DNA from: an uncultured Alphaproteobacteria bacterium
GTDB lineage: Bacteria > Pseudomonadota > Alphaproteobacteria > HIMB59 > GCA-002718135
Direction of reading: 5' to 3'
NCBI GenBank assembly: GCA_902576125.1
Contig: CACGUF010000002.1
Coordinates: 145-64,144 of the forward strand
Length of the DNA stretch: 64,000 nt
Below are positions 18,150 to 27,060 of this stretch, one piece after another; position 1 is the stretch's first letter; every line of letters begins with the position of its first letter. The position numbers and the translations under genes were made by a program. Below the pieces are notes generated by a model, which saw only the letters and a program-made list of their open reading frames with translations, searched no databases and was not told where the DNA came from.

Positions 18150-18647
18150 TTAGTCGTTATTCATTAGATTAAAATTAAGCATAACAGCAACAGGGCTTTC
18201 AATGACTTTGGCATGATTAGTAAAAGTAGATATTTTATCTAAATCTTCTTCATTATTACAATTAAGCATAGGTATTCGTAAAGTTTTAAGAATATCTTCA
18301 GTCACACTAGCCATGCCTCCTTGCGCACCTACAGGCTCTCCTGGAGTTCCGCGATAACTTATGAGGAAAACAACTGGCATTTGATATAATTGGAGTAAAG
18401 AAACTATTGAATTTACTGAATTCCCAATACCAGTATTTTGCATCATAATACAAGGAAGTTTATTTCCAAGATAAGCCCCAGCACAGATGCCCATACCCTC
18501 TTCTTCTCTAGGAATTGTAGAATAATAAATATCTTTATCATTCTCTAAAATTGTTATCATATTAGCCAATAATTTACATGGTACACTTAGAAAAAAATCC
18601 ACTCCACCTGATTTTAAATTTGTTATAATTTTTTTGCTAATTTTCAT
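18150..18647 (-). CDS. comD: Sulfopyruvate decarboxylase alpha subunit-like (ThDP PYR domain)
   Basis: 165 aa. REEEGMGICAGAYL contains the catalytic Glu context of ThDP enzymes. Adjacent to the beta subunit. Confidence 0.6.
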   Translation of the reverse strand: MKISKKIITNLKSGGVDFFLSVPCKLLANMITILENDKDIYYSTIPREEEGMGICAGAYLGNKLPCIMMQNTGIGNSVNSIVSLLQLYQMPVVFLISYRGTPGEPVGAQGGMASVTEDILKTLRIPMLNCNNEEDLDKISTFTNHAKVIESPVAVMLNFNLMNND

Positions 18648-18694
18648 TCATAATAATTAATAGTCTAATGAAAATAATACAAGAGTTTATTTTT

Positions 18695-19744
18695 TTAAAA
18701 ATTGTTACGTAATTTAATTTTTATTTTAGATAAATAATTTTGATTTTTTCGTAAAATTGGAGAGGGAAAATTTAAGTGATTCATTGAGTCTGGATAATTT
18801 TGAGGCTCTAAACAGATTCCATATTGAATACCATAGGATTTATTATACTTGCCAATATACTTATTTAACATCATATTTCCTGTATAGACTTGAATGCCCT
18901 CCTGATTTGTAAAATATTCAACTCCCATTCTGGTTTTTTTACTGTAAATTTTAGCCACTGGTTGAGTCATAGATTGATCATCCAAAACATAATTATGATC
19001 AATACCGCCTGAATTAAGAAAATTACTATTTATTAAAAATTCTTTATTTAAATCAAATTTTGTACCTTTAACTTCTAAAATTTTGCCAGTAGGAATGGAT
19101 TGCGCATCTGTTTCGCAAATTGATAAAGAATTTATATTAATAATGTGATCTTCATTGTTATCATACTGATCACCATGTCCATGAAAATTCCAATAGTTAT
19201 GGTTTGTTAAATTAACTATTGTATCTTGATCTGTACTTGCTTGAAAAGCAATCAAAAGTTCATTGTTATTATTTAACTCATAAATAACACTACAATTAAG
19301 ATTGCCTGGATAGCCCTCTTCCATATGAGCTGATAAATAACTTAATGTACACTTGATTGAACTGTCTTCTTCTTTAATATTATCTATTTCCCATATTTTT
19401 TTATTGAAACCAACTTTACCTCCGTGGAGATGATTTGGAGGGGCATTTTGATATAATTGATAATTGTGATTGTCTATTGAAAATTTTGCATTTCCTATTC
19501 TATTTGCAACCCTACCTATTATTGAATTAAAATACCCATTGGACTCTAAAATACCATCAACATTTCCATAACCCAATAAAACATCCTCTGTCTTATTTTC
19601 TTGGTGTAAGTAAGGAATATTTAATTCATGAATGTACCCACCATAGGTATAAAATTTAAAGCTAAAATTATTGTCATTATGAACTTCTACTGACTCTATA
19701 TTTAGTTCAGATGGGTTATCTATTTTTTCTACTTTAACTTTCAT
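18695..19744 (-). CDS. galM: Aldose 1-epimerase (galactose mutarotase family)
   Basis: Mutarotase blocks GRVANRIGNAKF, NHLHGG and EPQNYPDS. Confidence 0.8.
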   Translation of the reverse strand: MKVKVEKIDNPSELNIESVEVHNDNNFSFKFYTYGGYIHELNIPYLHQENKTEDVLLGYGNVDGILESNGYFNSIIGRVANRIGNAKFSIDNHNYQLYQNAPPNHLHGGKVGFNKKIWEIDNIKEEDSSIKCTLSYLSAHMEEGYPGNLNCSVIYELNNNNELLIAFQASTDQDTIVNLTNHNYWNFHGHGDQYDNNEDHIININSLSICETDAQSIPTGKILEVKGTKFDLNKEFLINSNFLNSGGIDHNYVLDDQSMTQPVAKIYSKKTRMGVEYFTNQEGIQVYTGNMMLNKYIGKYNKSYGIQYGICLEPQNYPDSMNHLNFPSPILRKNQNYLSKIKIKLRNNF

Positions 19745-20649
19745 TATACCTTTCTATCTCTTGTTTCTGATAAATTCTTTTGACGTAAATATATAATAAT
19801 TCCTCCAGCCACTATAAATAAAGCACCTGGAAATAATTGATCTACTGGCCACTCTTTAAAGAAAATCCAACCCAAGATTAAGGCAAAAAATATTTCAATA
19901 TAATCAAAGGGCATAATTTTACTAAGTTCTGCTTTTCTAGAACCATAAATTAATAATAAAACACCTGTCCCACCCGTAAAGCCCATTAAAAACAATATAA
20001 ACAAATCATATAAACTTCTGAAATTTTCCCACATATTGAATATAATAACCAAAAGTATTGCACAGATTAAAGTACCGATATTTGCGTAAAGATTTATTAA
20101 TGGCACAGGGGTATCATTTGAAAAATTTAAAGCTGTTATTCTTGCAAGAGAATAACCAAAAGCAGCCATTACAGGAAGTAACATATAAAAATTAAAGCTT
20201 TCAGACCAAGGCTGCATAATAAGAATTATACCTACAAAACCTGTTAATACGGCTAAAGTTTTATACCATCCAAATTTTTCCCCAAGTAGTGGTATAGCTA
20301 ACAATGTAACCATCATTGGTCCTGTGTACTCCATTGTTGCGACTAATGCATAAGGTAAATAAAGATACGAGGTATATAAACATATTTGGGCAAAAGACAT
20401 AATAAGTCCCCTTGCTAAGCCAAAACGCCATCTTTTAATTACTAATTTTTTTCCACTCGCATGCCAGTCTTGTGAAAAATATAAGGCAATAAAACAAGGT
20501 ATAATTCCAAACAGATTTCTAAATACTGATAATTGTGCAGCTGGATAATAATCTCTGAGGTATTTTATCGCAATACCCATACAATCTAATAAAAATAATC
20601 CGGATAAGGAAAGTGCAACCGCTATAAATAAATTACTTTTCACCCACAA
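19744..20649 (-). CDS. DMT superfamily (EamA-like) transporter
   Basis: About 10 TM helices in two EamA-like halves. The start is uncertain: TTG at 20649, or GTG at 20643, which overlaps the upstream TGA as GTGA. Confidence 0.65.
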   Translation of the reverse strand: MWVKSNLFIAVALSLSGLFLLDCMGIAIKYLRDYYPAAQLSVFRNLFGIIPCFIALYFSQDWHASGKKLVIKRWRFGLARGLIMSFAQICLYTSYLYLPYALVATMEYTGPMMVTLLAIPLLGEKFGWYKTLAVLTGFVGIILIMQPWSESFNFYMLLPVMAAFGYSLARITALNFSNDTPVPLINLYANIGTLICAILLVIIFNMWENFRSLYDLFILFLMGFTGGTGVLLLIYGSRKAELSKIMPFDYIEIFFALILGWIFFKEWPVDQLFPGALFIVAGGIIIYLRQKNLSETRDRKV

Positions 20650-21632
20650 CTAACGCCACATCGATCTACCCAGTGATCTGGTTCAACTTCTTCTAATCTC
20701 ATTTCAATATTTCCTTCCTTACCGTCTGGTGAAGCATGAGGGCATCTTGTTCTAAAAACACATCCAGAAGGAGGGTTCATTGCACTAGGTATCTCTCCTT
20801 CAAGTTCAATAGCTTTTGATTTATTTTCAGGATCAATAGATGGAATAGAAGATAATAATGCTTTTGTATAAGGATGTTTCGGATTACTAAATAGCTCTCT
20901 TGAAGGAGCCATCTCAACAATGTGGCCAAGATACATTACCGCCACAATATCACATACATGAGCCACAACACTTAAATCATGACTTATAAATAAATATGTT
21001 AAATTTAATTCATGTTGAAGTTGTTTTAAAAGATTTAATATATCAGCTTGAATTGATACATCTAATGCAGCTACACTTTCATCAGCTACAATAAACTTTG
21101 GATTACTTACTAATGCCCTTGCAATTGAAATGCGTTGTCGCTGACCCCCAGAAAAAGCATGTGGAAATCTTCTTAAGTGTTCAAGATTTAATCTACATTT
21201 AGCTGCAATATCTCGAACTCTCGCATCAGTCTCTTCTCTAGAATTTGTTATCTTCATAACTTCTAGTGGTTCTGCAATTATATCTCTAACTGTCATTCGA
21301 GGACTAAGTGCAGCGTAAGGGTCTTGAAAGATTAGCTGTGCTTTTTTTCTGTATTCTTTCATTTCCTTTGAATTAATGGTTGTTAAGTCAAAATCTCTTT
21401 CATCATCATGAAAGATCACATTTCCAGTGCTTATTTTATTTGCACCTAATATTGCTCTTCCAAGTGTAGTTTTTCCAGATCCAGACTCTCCAACTAAACC
21501 AAAGAAAGAGCCTTTTTTAATCTTAATATTAATATTGTTAACCGCTTTTATTTTTTGTTTTTTTGAAAGAAAATTTTCTTGATAGTCAAAAGATACTGAA
21601 AGATTATTTACTGATACGATATTTTCACTCAT
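20640..21632 (-). CDS. Opp/Dpp-type ABC transporter ATP-binding protein (OppF/DppF-like) with a Cys-rich C-terminal tail
   Basis: Walker A GESGSGKTT, signature FSGGQRQR, Walker B FIVADE. The start is set at the ATG that overlaps the upstream stop as ATGA (21629-21632), not at the TTG used by the ORF track. Confidence 0.85.
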   Translation of the reverse strand: MSENIVSVNNLSVSFDYQENFLSKKQKIKAVNNINIKIKKGSFFGLVGESGSGKTTLGRAILGANKISTGNVIFHDDERDFDLTTINSKEMKEYRKKAQLIFQDPYAALSPRMTVRDIIAEPLEVMKITNSREETDARVRDIAAKCRLNLEHLRRFPHAFSGGQRQRISIARALVSNPKFIVADESVAALDVSIQADILNLLKQLQHELNLTYLFISHDLSVVAHVCDIVAVMYLGHIVEMAPSRELFSNPKHPYTKALLSSIPSIDPENKSKAIELEGEIPSAMNPPSGCVFRTRCPHASPDGKEGNIEMRLEEVEPDHWVDRCGVSCG

Positions 21633-22615
21633 ATTTTTCCACAATCAACACCACATTTATCTAACCAATGGCCTGGTTTAACCTCTACTAAACCCATCTC
21701 AATATTTTCTTCCTTACCTTCTTTTGATGCATGGGGGCATCTTGTTCTAAAAACACATCCACTAGGTCTATCTAGAGGACTGGGAATATTTCCTGGTATA
21801 GGTGTAAGCGGTGCATCAAGATTATTAATATCTGGAAGCGCATTAATTAAACCTTTTGTATAGGGATGCATTGGATTTTTTAAAATTTCATTTACCGGTC
21901 CTTGCTCGACAACACTACCAAGATACATTACCGCAACATCATCTGCTACTTGAGCAATAACACCAAGATCATGAGTGATAAATATTACACCCATATTGTA
22001 TTCTTTAATAATATCTTTCATTAAATTTATTACCTGTGCTTGAATAGTTACATCTAACGCTGTTGTAGGCTCATCGGCTAATAATAGTTTAGGCATTGTG
22101 GATAAAGCCATAGCAATCATTGCCCGCTGCCTCATCCCTCCTGATAGTTCAAAAGCATATTGATTAAATCGTTTTTCAGCATCTGCAATTCCTACCCTAT
22201 TTAACATATCTATTGATATATTTTTTGCTTCCTTTTTATCCATTGGTTTATGAATCATAAGTTGTTCAACCATTTGACTGCCTATTTTAATTGCTGGCGC
22301 AAAACTAGCCATAGGTTCTTGAAAAATCATTGAAACTTTTCCACCTCGAATTTTTTTCAAATCATTTTTAGAAGTAAACTTAAGAACATCTTCATCATCA
22401 ATTATTATTTCAGCATTATCATTATAAATAGTATTACCTGGATTAAGTTGCATTATTGATTTTGCTGTGACAGATTTACCAGATCCTGACTCTCCAACAA
22501 TCCCCAAAACCTTTCCTTGATCCAATGTTAAAGATACATTATCAATTGCTGTTATACGACCTTCATCAGTATCAAACTTTACATCAAGATTATTTATTTC
22601 TAAAAGATGAGTCAT
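21629..22615 (-). CDS. Opp/Dpp-type ABC transporter ATP-binding protein (OppD/DppD-like) with a Cys-rich C-terminal tail
   Basis: Walker A GESGSGKSV, signature LSGGMRQR, Walker B LLLADEPTTALD. Confidence 0.85.
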   Translation of the reverse strand: MTHLLEINNLDVKFDTDEGRITAIDNVSLTLDQGKVLGIVGESGSGKSVTAKSIMQLNPGNTIYNDNAEIIIDDEDVLKFTSKNDLKKIRGGKVSMIFQEPMASFAPAIKIGSQMVEQLMIHKPMDKKEAKNISIDMLNRVGIADAEKRFNQYAFELSGGMRQRAMIAMALSTMPKLLLADEPTTALDVTIQAQVINLMKDIIKEYNMGVIFITHDLGVIAQVADDVAVMYLGSVVEQGPVNEILKNPMHPYTKGLINALPDINNLDAPLTPIPGNIPSPLDRPSGCVFRTRCPHASKEGKEENIEMGLVEVKPGHWLDKCGVDCGKI

Positions 22616-22621
22616 AGAATA

Positions 22622-23785
22622 TTAATTTTTTGTTTTGTGTGGATCTGCAGCATCTCGAAGACCATCTCCGACATACACAAATGTTAAAATTAAAACAACT
22701 AAGAAAAAGACAGGTATAAAATACCATTGATAGTTTAGTAAAACATCTGCCTTTGTTGCATTTTGTAAAAGTACACCCAATGAATTTACAGGTTCTCTTA
22801 AACCTAAGCCTATGAAACTTAGAGCAGTTTCAGATAACAACATGTAAGGAAAGCTGATAACCAGATCAACAATTATGTAGCTTGTAAAACTTGGTAAAAG
22901 ATGTCTGATAATTATATGCGTTGATGAAGCTCCACACATTTTAGCTGCAAGAATATATTCTTGACTTCTTTCACTTAGTAAATGAGTTCGAACACGTCTT
23001 GCCAAAGTTGGCCAAGATATCAAACCTAACAAACAGGATATAAAGAAAAATCTAAGTTCGGAACTCCATTCAAGGGGAGCAAAAGCTGCTAGACACATAA
23101 AGAGAGGTATGGGGGGCACAGTTCGAATGGCATCAGTAAACATTTGCAACAAACTATCGATCCAACCACCATAATATCCTGAAATACCTCCAATAATTAA
23201 GGATAAAACAAAAGAGATAAATACTCCCAATGTTCCAACTGCAAGTGAAATATATATTGCACTTAAAGTTCTACTAAATAAATCTTTTCCTGCTTTATCA
23301 GTACCAAATAAATGAATTCCACCCTCTTCAACACCAAATAAATGTGTATCAAAAGTTATGCCTGGAATTGTAAAGTCTAATGCCTTACCTGGAAGATTAA
23401 TACTATAATTAAAATATTTATATTCCCATCCTTTCACAAAAAAATAAACATAGCGTCTTTTTTCAGTATCTGTTTTATAAACCCATCTAAAATTTGTATC
23501 AGCTCCTCTATACTTAGTTAATGTGTGCAAAAAAGGTCTTGGAGAAAAACCATTTTCATCCCAAAACATTGGTATTTGTGGAGCTCCATTTTCATAATCT
23601 TTATCACGCCCAGCAATTGTAGGATCATATGGCGAAAGGAAGCCAGAAAAAAGACTGCACACTATCATAAACAATAAAATAGATCCTGCGATCATTGCAG
23701 AACGATTTCCAAAGAAACGAGTTCTAACTAACTGCATTTGAGTAGCAGTATAATATGCTTCTTTCTTTCTAGTACTAACCTCCAC
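22622..23785 (-). CDS. Opp/Dpp-type ABC transporter permease (DppC/OppC-like, with a long N-terminal periplasmic insert)
   Basis: BPD_transp_1 pattern, including the EAA-like loop (AAKMCGASSTHIIIRHLLP). 387 aa. Confidence 0.8.
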   Translation of the reverse strand: MEVSTRKKEAYYTATQMQLVRTRFFGNRSAMIAGSILLFMIVCSLFSGFLSPYDPTIAGRDKDYENGAPQIPMFWDENGFSPRPFLHTLTKYRGADTNFRWVYKTDTEKRRYVYFFVKGWEYKYFNYSINLPGKALDFTIPGITFDTHLFGVEEGGIHLFGTDKAGKDLFSRTLSAIYISLAVGTLGVFISFVLSLIIGGISGYYGGWIDSLLQMFTDAIRTVPPIPLFMCLAAFAPLEWSSELRFFFISCLLGLISWPTLARRVRTHLLSERSQEYILAAKMCGASSTHIIIRHLLPSFTSYIIVDLVISFPYMLLSETALSFIGLGLREPVNSLGVLLQNATKADVLLNYQWYFIPVFFLVVLILTFVYVGDGLRDAADPHKTKN

Positions 23786-24788
23786 CCATAACTCCTTTTC
23801 TAATTCTTGGATCCATGATTGCTAATAGTATATCAGTAACAAAATTTACAAAAACTATTGTAGCTGTTAATAAGAATATAATAGCACCTGCTAATTGTTG
23901 ATCATTAGATCTAGCTAAAGCCTCAATCAACAATGCGCCAGCTTCAGTCAAAATTAAAATTAAAGCAACTACTGGTAGAGCACTAAATATTCTATTTAAA
24001 TCAAAACCAATCGAATTTATTACAGGTCCAAGCGAGTGCTTTGCGGGATAACGCCATAATAAACTCATACCTGATATTCCTCTAGCTCTTGCAGCCATAA
24101 CATAAAGTTTATCATTTTCATCTAACATTAATGCTCTAACAGTTTGGAGCGCAAAAGCAGTAGCATTCCACCCAAGAACAAAAATAGGCAGCCATGCCCT
24201 AGCAAGAAAATCTTTTAACTTATCAGCAGACCAAGGCGCATTTTCATATTCCTGAGAGAATAAACCTGTCATAGTATCTCCATAATAAACTGTCATAAAA
24301 AGCATAATACAAAGTGCTACTAAAAAATTCGGTAGTGCTATTCCTAGATAACTAACAAATTTAAGAGACTGATCTAAAGAGACATATTTTGTCGTGGCGG
24401 AAATAATACCGACTGGTATCGCTATTAAATAAGAAAAGATTAACGCTACTAAACATATGGTAAGTGAGAGCACAAACCTCCCACTAAGAAGATCATTGAT
24501 ATTCATTCGAAGAATACAGCTATCTCCAAAATCTTGATTTACCACAATATCCGAAACCCATTTTCCGTATCTATAAAAAAATGGTTTATCTAAACCTAAG
24601 CGAATTTTTTCAGCTTCAATATCTTCAAATGTTATTTGAGAACCTTGTGTATTTTTAAAAGCTAAATATCTTTCTGCACATGTGCCAGGAACTAATTCCA
24701 TTAATGAAAAGACTATAAAACAAACTATGAGTAATGTTACAATTGCTAAAAAAGCTCTTGTTAATGTGAATTGGATAAAATTAATCAT
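23775..24788 (-). CDS. Opp/Dpp-type ABC transporter permease (DppB/OppB-like)
   Basis: Six-TM permease with an EAA-like loop (YVMAARARGISGMSLLWRY). Confidence 0.8.
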   Translation of the reverse strand: MINFIQFTLTRAFLAIVTLLIVCFIVFSLMELVPGTCAERYLAFKNTQGSQITFEDIEAEKIRLGLDKPFFYRYGKWVSDIVVNQDFGDSCILRMNINDLLSGRFVLSLTICLVALIFSYLIAIPVGIISATTKYVSLDQSLKFVSYLGIALPNFLVALCIMLFMTVYYGDTMTGLFSQEYENAPWSADKLKDFLARAWLPIFVLGWNATAFALQTVRALMLDENDKLYVMAARARGISGMSLLWRYPAKHSLGPVINSIGFDLNRIFSALPVVALILILTEAGALLIEALARSNDQQLAGAIIFLLTATIVFVNFVTDILLAIMDPRIRKGVMGGG

Positions 24789-24820
24789 ATTTTGATTTTA
24801 GTTAATTAACCATTAAGAAT

Positions 24821-24861
24821 AATTAAAAAAAGAAAAGCGGCAATATAAAATTGCCGCTTTT
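24821..24861 (-). terminator. Intra-operon rho-independent terminator/attenuator between the binding-protein and permease genes
   Basis: GCGGCAAT (24837-24844) pairs with ATTGCCGC (24850-24857) across a 5-nt loop. On the reverse strand the stem is followed by TTTTCTTTTTTT. It starts 22 nt after the binding-protein stop codon. Confidence 0.75.
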
Positions 24862-24882
24862 AAAGATATTTATTTACTTATC

Positions 24883-26943
24883 TTATTCGTCTAACCACCA
24901 CTGAGTAGCTAGATATGGATAAGTTCTATAATACTCATAAGAAGTTGTTTTGAATTGAGTAAAGTTTTTCAAAGCATTTCTATGATATGTTGGGAATGGT
25001 GCTTTTACAGTACCAATTAACAAAGTTTGTTCTGTTAACATGGTAGTGATTTTTTCACCCCACTCGTTAGATTCAGCTGTGCCTAAAGCATATGATTGAA
25101 ATTTATCAATCCCATCACTTAAGTCATAAACCCACTGAGGAGGTTCTACACCGTCTGAGCCATTACTATCTATATAAGCAGCCCATAACATACCTTGAGT
25201 ATGGTTGAAGTAGTTACCAAATGGAGCTTTAAATGTTTCAGGGTTACCTGCGATAATAGCCAATGGTTGACCTTTATCCCAAGCGTGAACATCTAAAGCA
25301 TTTGAAGATTGTGAACCACGATATTCATCAGGTGTAACTTCTTTAAAAGTTGTTTTAACACCAACATCATTCCACATACGTGCAACTAGTTCAACTTCAA
25401 CACCACCAATACCTTGAGTAGCGTAGTCAATATTCACTGCAAAAGGAGATCCGTTTGGAAGTTCTCTAAAACCATCTCCATCTACATCTTTTAATCCAAC
25501 TTCATCTAGAAGTGCATTAGCACCATCTGGATCATACTGAGTCATATGCATTTTGATTTCATCTGAAACAAAATCAGGTGCAGGTGAAATACCAACAAAC
25601 TGCTCTACAACACCCATACCATAATAAGCTACATCGTTAATCTCATTTCTATCAAGTGCAATTGACATTGCTTGACGGAAACGAATATCTCCATAAACTT
25701 TACGTTTTTCCATATCTGGATGAGTTACATTAAAGCTAAATAATGCAGCACCACAACCTGGGTTAATTTGAAGATTATATGCTCCAGAATCAGCACCATC
25801 TAATAACTGAGGAGCAGATTCAAGTTGAACAGATTGAGATTTATAATCAACTTCACCATTAACAAGTTTTAACAATCTAATCTCATTTTCATTGATATAT
25901 CTTTCATTTTGATAATCAATGTATGGTAATTGATTTCCAGCAGTATCAACTTGGTGAAAATAAGGATTAGCAGCGTAAACTCTTCCCTCAGTAGTATCTT
26001 CAATAGTCATATATGCTTCTAATGAAGGATAAGCAGCGTATTCTAAACCACTCACAAGATCAGGGTTTCTCAATAAAGGAGTTGGAGTATCTGTCCAGCC
26101 TGAGTTACCATAATAAGCAGCGAGAGCATCCCAACCATCTACAAAACCTAAAGCTTGTGCATTAGCATCAGCATTAGAGTCTATTTCAGGATGAAATTGT
26201 TCTAAGAAATGTGCAGGCATAAAAAATTGATTGTATGTCCATGCAATAGTTGCTGTTAAACCAGGAAAAGGTGATGGTAAGTTAAATCTAGCAGTTACAT
26301 CATCGATAACATCAACCGTCATTGGTTCACCACCAACAAGAAGGTATGGATATGGTTTTTCTCTAATTTTTGGATTCATCATTAGATCTTCATACCAAAA
26401 TTCAATATCTCTTGCTGTAAATGGTTCTCCGTTTGACCACTTATGTCCTTTTCTTAATGTAAAAGTTAAGGTTGTAAAATCATCATTCCACTCAAAACTT
26501 TTAGCTACATTTGGAACAATAGTTGTTAAATCATCAGCAAATCTCAATAAGTTTACGTGACGAGTCGATAACATATCTGAAGTACCAGCTTCAGTAGCAT
26601 TTGATAAGAAGTTAATCGTACCACCGTACTTACCAATTGAATCATAAGGTCTAACAACTAGCGGCTCATCTGGAAGTCTATCTCCAACTGGAGGTAAAGC
26701 TTTATTACCCTGAATACTTGCATTAATACTTGCAATATTTGGGTTTTCCTTAAATTGCATTTCGCAACCTGCTAATTGTTCAAACTCATCTAATTCGTAC
26801 TGTTGAGTATATTGTCCAGCATCAACACCATTTGGATTACTTTGAGTTGAACCATTACCAGCGCAAGCACCAGCAAAAGAATAACTACTCCATGATATTG
26901 AAGCTAAAGAAAATACAACAGCTAAAATTAATTTTTTAAACAT
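24883..26943 (-). CDS. ABC transporter substrate-binding protein, family 5, unusually long (686 aa)
   Basis: Signal peptide (MFKKLILAVVFSLASISWSSYSFA) and SBP_bac_5-like body. Located upstream of the two permease genes and two ATPase genes. Confidence 0.8.
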   Translation of the reverse strand: MFKKLILAVVFSLASISWSSYSFAGACAGNGSTQSNPNGVDAGQYTQQYELDEFEQLAGCEMQFKENPNIASINASIQGNKALPPVGDRLPDEPLVVRPYDSIGKYGGTINFLSNATEAGTSDMLSTRHVNLLRFADDLTTIVPNVAKSFEWNDDFTTLTFTLRKGHKWSNGEPFTARDIEFWYEDLMMNPKIREKPYPYLLVGGEPMTVDVIDDVTARFNLPSPFPGLTATIAWTYNQFFMPAHFLEQFHPEIDSNADANAQALGFVDGWDALAAYYGNSGWTDTPTPLLRNPDLVSGLEYAAYPSLEAYMTIEDTTEGRVYAANPYFHQVDTAGNQLPYIDYQNERYINENEIRLLKLVNGEVDYKSQSVQLESAPQLLDGADSGAYNLQINPGCGAALFSFNVTHPDMEKRKVYGDIRFRQAMSIALDRNEINDVAYYGMGVVEQFVGISPAPDFVSDEIKMHMTQYDPDGANALLDEVGLKDVDGDGFRELPNGSPFAVNIDYATQGIGGVEVELVARMWNDVGVKTTFKEVTPDEYRGSQSSNALDVHAWDKGQPLAIIAGNPETFKAPFGNYFNHTQGMLWAAYIDSNGSDGVEPPQWVYDLSDGIDKFQSYALGTAESNEWGEKITTMLTEQTLLIGTVKAPFPTYHRNALKNFTQFKTTSYEYYRTYPYLATQWWLDE

Positions 26944-27060
26944 ATTATTTCTCCTCTTTAAATTTAAAGTAATGATGAAGTCATTACATATATAAGCTAA
27001 AAATACAAAAAAAATTTGACAGTTTTATTACATTTATTTTGTAAAAATTTGAATTGGCAA

